From: Mantamonas sphyraenae STR306
Lineage: Eukaryota; Protista; CRuMs
Length of the DNA stretch: 64,000 nt
Assembly: GCA_026936335.1 (NCBI GenBank)
Contig: JAPMXV010000007.1
Coordinates: 62,001-126,000 of the forward strand
Direction of reading: 5' to 3'
Below are positions 57,499 to 64,000 of this stretch, one piece after another. Position numbers and translations under genes: made by a program. Under the pieces are notes generated by a model. The model did not search any database. It was not told where the DNA came from and saw only the letters and a list, made by a program, of their open reading frames with translations. Numbering within the stretch: the stretch's first letter is position 1; each line of letters begins with the position of its first letter.

Positions 57499-60493
57499 TC
57501 ATTTGCCAAACGTTTCGCGCTCCAAAGCCTCGGCTTCGTCGGGCCTCAAAACTTCGACCATCCGCAGTGCGTCTTCCATTTTCACACGAGCGCCCGTGCG
57601 CAGCAGCTGGCAATGGTCCACAAGCGTTTCCAGCGTCTCAACCATGTCCTGTTCGCCCACGCTGTCCTGGGTGGTCTTCAACACCTCAGCCAGCTGTTTG
57701 GCCAGCTCCGTCTGCACATGCTCCACTACAACCGCACCGAGCACACCACTGGACAGTTTGACACTGGCAAACTCCAGGTACGGTTCCTCCTCGGCCTCCC
57801 CACTCTCCTCCTCTCTTGCCTCGCGTTCGGCCTGTAGCAGCGCAAATTCGCGTGTGTACTGCTCTTGCATGTGTGTGTGAAGCGCCGTTTTGAGCCACGC
57901 CCACTCGTCCACAGACTCTTCCACCTCCAAGCCGTCTCCATGAGCCCCACCTTGCGTCTGCGGCTGGTGTTGCTGTGCCGCCCCCTTTCGACGCGACCCG
58001 CTTCCGCTGCTGCCACTGCCGCTGCCACCCACGCCACCCGAGTCGTCGTGTGCCTGGAACTGGGTCAGGTCGCCCATTTCGTCGGGCATCAAGTGCTCAC
58101 ACGCTGTCTGCAGCACAAGATGGGCTGCATCGTGCAACACTTTCACACGTCCCAAATGGGCCTCCAGCACGGGGCCGTCAAACACCAGAACGGCCCCTTC
58201 CGCGTGCAGCGGCTCTGCAAAGTGAGCTTCGTACTCGGCCAGACTGCGCTCCACCACAGGGTGCACAAACTCCTCGACCACGGCTGCTGCCGTCTCGCCA
58301 GCACCCCTGCAGGCCAGGCGATACTCCAGCTCCAGCTTGCGCGACTGCTCCTGCACCTGTACGCATCGATGCCGCACGTGGGCCGCTGCCTCTGCGCTCA
58401 TGCGGCTGTTGTTTGCCACATCGACCCACTGCAGCGGGGCACTCGTCAGCTCCCGTGTCTTGATGCTCCCTTCCGAGGCCAGCGTGGACGACAATCCCCC
58501 CACCTCGTCGTTGTTGCTGGACAGCCCTCCACCTGTGGTGGACACACGCGATCCTTTGCGTGCCGCCGAAGACGACGCTCCCATGGAGGTGCCATCACGT
58601 GCGACGCCACCCATGCGTGCCGCGTGCACCTCTTCCATCTGTGTTTCGGATGCATTCAGGACGGCATCGATGTCTTCAACCACTGCGTCACTCAGTGCGT
58701 TGCCACCCAGCTGCAGGCTAATTAGGTTGGTGTTGCCACGCACGCGGTATTCCAGCATGCCCAGCTGTTCGACACCCTCCTTCAGGTGTGGGTACTGCTT
58801 GGCAAACGACGCCTGCAACTCTTTCAATGCTTCCTGAAGCGCTGTCTCTTCGGCACTCGGCTCCAGCGCATCCAGGTTCATCTGGTTCCCTGCATTCTTG
58901 CGTCGCCCGCTCTTGCTCTTTGACAGCGATCCGCCACGGCTTGTGGTGCTGCCTGTGCCCAGTTCCCCACCCACAATGCCACCTTTTCCCTTTACCACCT
59001 TGGACGATCCTCGTCGAGTGCTTCCTCCCGCCGCCTGTCCTGTTCCGCTCATGCCACCCGTGCCTCCCAAGCCCACACCGCCCCCTCCGCTGCCACCACC
59101 GTTTTCCGCCAGCTCCGCCTCTGCCAAGGCCTTGCGGCGCGTGCTTTCGTGTGCTTCGTCAATATCCATGTGCAGTCGTTTGACGTCCTTGATGTGCTCG
59201 TGGTAGGCCTGTGCTGTGTCCTTGTCGAGAATGTACTCGCCCAGCACACCCAGGAGAGTGCGTGCTCCGTCGTCGTCCATGCCTGTGTTGCTCAAGGTCA
59301 GCGCCACCAGCGATCGGTTCATCTGCAACACGTTGGCCATCGCCTGCGGGTCCCCAAGCGGGTTGTTGTGCAGATTCAAACTGCGCAGCGTCTGATCACG
59401 CGCCAGTAGCTTTTCCAACGCGGGCCCATCGCCCTCATGGCTGCCCAGGCCATTGCTACGCAGGGACAGCGAGTGAAGGCCAGCGTTGCGCAGATGTTCC
59501 GCAAGTGTGGCAGCCAAAAACACACCCGTGCCAGTCGACACGCTTTCCAGGGCAAAGGACACCACCGAGGGCGACGCTGCGACGGCACGGCACAGCAATG
59601 AAAGTGTGGCCTGGCTCATGGCCACGCCGTACAAACGCAGAGCAACCACAGAGGTGCAGGCGGGCAGAATGTCCTGAAACACCAACGCCGTCCCAAGATC
59701 CACGCTGTATCCACGGATGTGGATGTCGCTGATGACCACACCTGTCTCATCCCCGGCACTCGACCCGTGGTCACTTTCGCCGCTTCGTGCTTTGCTTCCT
59801 GCGCCTGTTCCTGCTCCGCTGCTGCTGCCGCTGCCGCTGCCGGCGGTCGCCCCTTTCGTCTTTTTGCGCTCGCCACGTGCGGTACGTGGACTCTTGTTGC
59901 TGGGCTTGCCTGTGGTAGAGCGACGCCGGGACGTGGTGTTGCCTGAAGGCACTGCCAGCTTGCTGGCGAGGGTTACTGGCGCAGACACGGCCTCGGTCGC
60001 GTGCTTCTGCTCGCGGCTGGCTTTGTACGCGTTGGTGGCTGCCAGAATCGCAGCTGTGATGGCCGGATGCGTGGCAAAGCCGTAATGGTTGCACGCGGCA
60101 AAGTAGTCTGTGTGGAAGGAGCCTGAGGGCACAAAGGGTGCTGTGTAGCGAGATGTCACCGCGTGCCGTGTTAGCCGTTGCGGCCGATATCTCCCAGCCA
60201 GCCAGTTCGACCCAGCAACGCAGCCCACACAAGGAACAGGGATTGCACACGTAGTGTAGTCCACACACACAGGCAATGTGGAAGGCATGGCGAACACATG
60301 GCAAGCGGGAAGGATGCGACGTACGTGTGGGTTGGACAATCGGCTCCTGCTCGCTTGTGTGTTCTTCCTCTTGCTCGTTGGCCTCGTCGTCCTGGGCCTG
60401 GGCCTGCTGGGCAACGGCCAACCGACGCTGCTCGAGCACTTCGGACGCCAGTTGTTCGTTTTCGGTGCAACTCCACACCGATGTGTCTGGCAT
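57499..60493 (-). CDS. RNI-like leucine-rich-repeat protein, LRRC71-like; 5' end uncertain, one intron
   Basis: GSFHTDYFAAC...HP, LHSLSLRSNGLG, TLRSLNLHNNPLG, NRSLVALTLSNT, and RGNTNLISLQLGGN. Confidence 0.6.
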
Positions 60494-60699
60494 TCGGAGT
60501 CTGCGGTTGAATTTGGCCTGGTGCGCGCAGACGTGCGTTCCTGGATGGGTGTGTGGGATGGGAAAGCGGTGGGGAGGGCATGAGGAAGGCAAACAGTGCG
60601 TTTGGTCGGGTTGACCACGAAAGGTGTGGGACAATGCATGGACAGGGACAGCGGCACAGCGCTGACTGAGCCATCGAAAGTCAAGTTCACTTCAAAGAC

Positions 60700-62100
60700 A
60701 TGGCACGCGTAGGCGAAGGAGACTCCCGCTGGATTGTGGATGAACGTGAGGACGGCATCAACGTCAACAACTGGCACTGGTGAGTGGAGGAGCAGGACGG
60801 CGTGCGGTTGGCGAGCGACGAGGGTTTGGGGGGAGGCGGAAGCTGACTCGGCTCGGTGCGACACATGCGGCACGGGGGACGATGAACGACACACAGGACG
60901 GACAAGGATGTGACGAAGCCGTCCAAGGCTCTGTGGGAGAGCATGCTGGTGGGCTTGGAGCTGTTCAACGATGAAACCGGAGTGTGCACGACGAAGAAGC
61001 TGAAGAAGTGCGAGGGCGAGGCCGTGCTGTACAACCGCAAGGGAACGCTCCGGGCAACCTTTGACTGGACCATTTCTGTGGAATGGACCGCAGATCTGGT
61101 GGCCAGCAATGATAGCGACGCCTTGGAGGCCAAGGGCAAGCTGGACATCACCAACTTTGACCAGGACGACGAGGCACGAGTGCGTTTCCGTTTTCCGACT
61201 TTCCGCCTCTCAACGCGCAGACTCTGCCTGCCCTGCGACGAAGCACACGTCACACGCGCGCACACATCACAGCCTGGCTGACACCGTCCCTGTTGCATCC
61301 ACACATATGCGCACACGCACATTCACGCACCCACCCACACACACACACACATGCATGCGCGTGTCACGATCCGATAGATCAAGTTTACGGTGACGGGCAA
61401 CAAGGCGGCGGACAAGGCTGTGCGCAAGCACCTGGAGAAGAACAGCAAGGCGTTGGTGGAGAGTCTGCTTAAGCGTTACCAAACTGAACTGATGGGCGAG
61501 GGAGACTCGGATCTGGCCAAGGCAGCCAGTGGACGAGGCAAGAAGGCGTCGACGAACAGCAACAGCAACTCGTCGTCGTCGTCGTCGTCATCGAACATGG
61601 ACGTGGAGACGTCATCGTCGAACGGAGGACGCAGTGGTACGAGCAGTAGCACCAGTGGCAGCAGCAGCAAGGACGACAGTAGCTCCAATGGCGGGGCTGT
61701 GCGTACCAAGGATTTCTCGCAGTCGCTGTCGTTCAATGCGCCACCCAGCGAGGTGTTTCAGTGCCTGGTGGATCCGGACCGCATCCGTGCGTACACACGC
61801 GCAGACGCGACGGTGGAGCCGAAGGAGGGCGGTGCATGGAGCATGTACGACGGGCAGATTTCGGGCACGTTTGTGGAGTACGACGCACCGACAAAGATTG
61901 TGCAGTCGTGGCGTTCGCGCGACTGGGCCGATGGCCACTTTAGCACGGTGACGATCGAGCTGGACGACCGCAGCTCGGGCTGCTCAGTCAAGTTGACGCA
62001 CACGGGCATTCCGCTGGACGATTACGAGCGCACGTCCACCGGATGGGACAACTGGGTGTGGGAGCGCATCCGCAGCCTGTTTGGGTTTAACCGCATGTGA
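60700..62100 (+). CDS. AHA1: Activator of Hsp90 ATPase (two introns)
   Basis: MARVGEGDSRWIVDEREDGINVNNWHW|TDKD, YNRKG, and the C-terminal START-like domain KIVQSWR...TGWDNWVWERI. Confidence 0.95.
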
Positions 62101-62215
62101 GGAACACACCCTGGCGGCAGGCAAGCATGGGTGGTGGGATGCGCGAAAGCGTTGTCGCGTTGTCGCTGCCACAGACAAACAAAAACCAACTCTTCCAGCA
62201 ACACAAAGGCAGACA

Positions 62216-62932
62216 ATGAGCTCCGGCAGCAGTTGGACGGTGAGCACAGATGCATGTGTGTCAATGTTGCTTCACGCACACAAATACCCAAGTAGAGCTA
62301 TCGCAGGCGTGCTATTGGGCAACGGGACGCAGGTGGAACGCGCCGTGCCTGTGTTGCACCACCACCTGACGCTGAATGCGGTGATGGAGACTGCGCTGAT
62401 GTTGTTGCAGGAGGAGGCGGCTGCAAGCAAGCAGCAGCTGCTCGGGGTGTACTTTGCAAACGAAAACGTACGCGATTACGGCGTGCCTGCAGCGCTCGAG
62501 CGCACCGCAGCCAAGCTGAAGCCAAAGGAGAGCAGTGCATGCATTATTCAGCTGGACAACAACCTGTTGGACAGCCACGTCGACGATGCCGAAACGCCGA
62601 TGCTTCTTTTCGTCCAATCGGGGTCCGAGTTTGTGCTGCACCACTCGACGAGTTTCTACAGGGCCTACCTCGCCGAAGAGGAGGACGACGACGACGCAGG
62701 GGCCAGCAGTGGCAAAGGAACAAGTGTCAAGGCCGCGAGCAAGCAGGTCCAGGCGGGGTTGGAGCTGGAGCTGGCTGTGGACGAGCTGCTGCCTGTGGTG
62801 CGGGAAATGCTTCACAACGACGAGCACCTGGCCCTGATTGACTTTGACGACCACCTGGACGACTCGAGGCTACAGTGGCCCAACAAGGTGGAGTCGGACA
62901 ACGAGACACAAGAAAGCGAGGGTAGCGGGTGA
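62216..62932 (+). CDS. EMC8: ER membrane complex subunit 8/9 (MPN-like)
   Basis: MLLHAHKYPSRAIAGVLLG, AVPVLH, GVYFAN, and LIDFDDHLDD. Confidence 0.9.
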   Translation: MSSGSSWTVSTDACVSMLLHAHKYPSRAIAGVLLGNGTQVERAVPVLHHHLTLNAVMETALMLLQEEAAASKQQLLGVYFANENVRDYGVPAALERTAAKLKPKESSACIIQLDNNLLDSHVDDAETPMLLFVQSGSEFVLHHSTSFYRAYLAEEEDDDDAGASSGKGTSVKAASKQVQAGLELELAVDELLPVVREMLHNDEHLALIDFDDHLDDSRLQWPNKVESDNETQESEGSG

Positions 62933-63144
62933 GGGAGGTGCGCGGGGAAACAAAGAAAGAGTTGGGATTGGTGTTTGTTCGTTTTGACGGTCATTTCTTT
63001 TTGCGTCCACAGCGCGCTGAACGCCACATACACACACACACGGACACAGACAGACAGACAGACAGAACAAAAGAGGGCAAGGGCACGAGTTTGACCGGTC
63101 CATAAAACCCACCGACCGCTGTGCGCTTGAGAAGATCCCTGTCT

Positions 63145-64000
63145 TTAGGCGCCGGTGCCAAAGACGGCGTTGTGGCGAGCGATGGACGGGCCATACTCGT
63201 CGTAGGCGGCCTTGGTGTGGCAGACCTTGAGGAACTCCGGAGTGGAGGCAAGCATAGAGCCGCCAAACCACACTGCGTACCTCTGCATGGCGTGGCTGAT
63301 GACATTGACGTCGAGAGCCACGGCCTTGATGCGGCCGCCGGAAAGCTGCTCCGAGACCTTGATGCGGTGGTCGACGGTGCGCTTGATGTCACGCTGCAGG
63401 CGCTTGCCAAAGTCCTTGAACATGGTGGAGCCACCGGAGAGGACGATGTTCTTGTAGAGGCCACGTCGGACATCGATGGGGCAGGACTGGACAGTCTGGT
63501 CGATGACCTCGGGCAGCGGGGTCAGGAAGTCGGAGGAGAAGATCTCCGGGTTGAAGAACATCTCGGGGCCGAGGAAGCGCTCGTAACCGACGTCGCAGGT
63601 CCACTCCTTGTTGAGCTTCTTGCTGTAGCTGGAGTACTGCTTGATCCACTTTTGCGGGTTCTTGTCGTACTTGGTGAACTCCTTGACGATGTCCGGGCAG
63701 GTGTAGCAGAAGGTCTCCTTGACGCGCTTGGCGGTCTCGAGAGAGTCCTCGGGCGGGATGACGGTTTCGCGCTCGCGCATGATCTGCTGGATGAAGCCGG
63801 TGATGTCGCGTCCTGCCAGCGGGATGTGCTTGATGCTGGAGCCGATGATGTAGCCCTCGGCGACGGGGATGACGTGCGTGACACCATCACCGCTGTCGAC
63901 GACGGTTCCGGTCAGCGTGCGCTCGCTCTCGGCAGTGCGCGTCCAGGAAGCGGCCAGGGCCAGCACAGCCTGCACGGCAATGTACAAACCGGGCACGTTG
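63145..64000 (-). CDS. ACTR3: Actin-related protein 3 (5' part lies beyond the window)
   Basis: [53 protein letters not shown], and [15 protein letters not shown]. Confidence 0.97.
   Translation of the reverse strand, partial: NVPGLYIAVQAVLALAASWTRTAESERTLTGTVVDSGDGVTHVIPVAEGYIIGSSIKHIPLAGRDITGFIQQIMRERETVIPPEDSLETAKRVKETFCYTCPDIVKEFTKYDKNPQKWIKQYSSYSKKLNKEWTCDVGYERFLGPEMFFNPEIFSSDFLTPLPEVIDQTVQSCPIDVRRGLYKNIVLSGGSTMFKDFGKRLQRDIKRTVDHRIKVSEQLSGGRIKAVALDVNVISHAMQRYAVWFGGSMLASTPEFLKVCHTKAAYDEYGPSIARHNAVFGTGA

Overview
A very gene-dense, GC-rich window from a unicellular eukaryote, with short GT-AG introns and often CA-rich 3' splice sites. It holds about 29 protein genes, mostly housekeeping: UBA1, a SUMO-like protein, TFIIS, a divergent Ras, glutaredoxin, an F-box/LRR protein, ARL5, PSMB3, RPL35A, a MATE transporter, VPS51, a membrane adenylyl cyclase, DCAF13, UTP6, TANGO2, ZNF622/Rei1, a Furry-like protein, an LRRC71-like protein, AHA1, EMC8/9 and ARP3. 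The standout is a 5,827-bp element at 25124-30950, bounded by 17-bp terminal inverted repeats and a TA target-site duplication (IS630/Tc1-mariner-like ends). It encodes one intronless ~1,840-aa protein with a C-terminal Fanzor/TnpB-type RuvC and zinc ribbon, plus what looks like an N-terminal PIN/FEN-type 5' nuclease. Its right end folds into a long hairpin (omega-RNA candidate) and lies 17 bp upstream of the RPL35A start codon, so the predicted guide is the RPL35A 5' leader. Other notable items are a U4atac (minor spliceosome) snRNA gene, a gustatory-receptor-like 7TM protein, an ACBP/pseudo-Ras/RasGEF fusion, a tail-anchored F-box protein and extremely tight gene spacing. All calls come from manual motif reading; no database searches were run.
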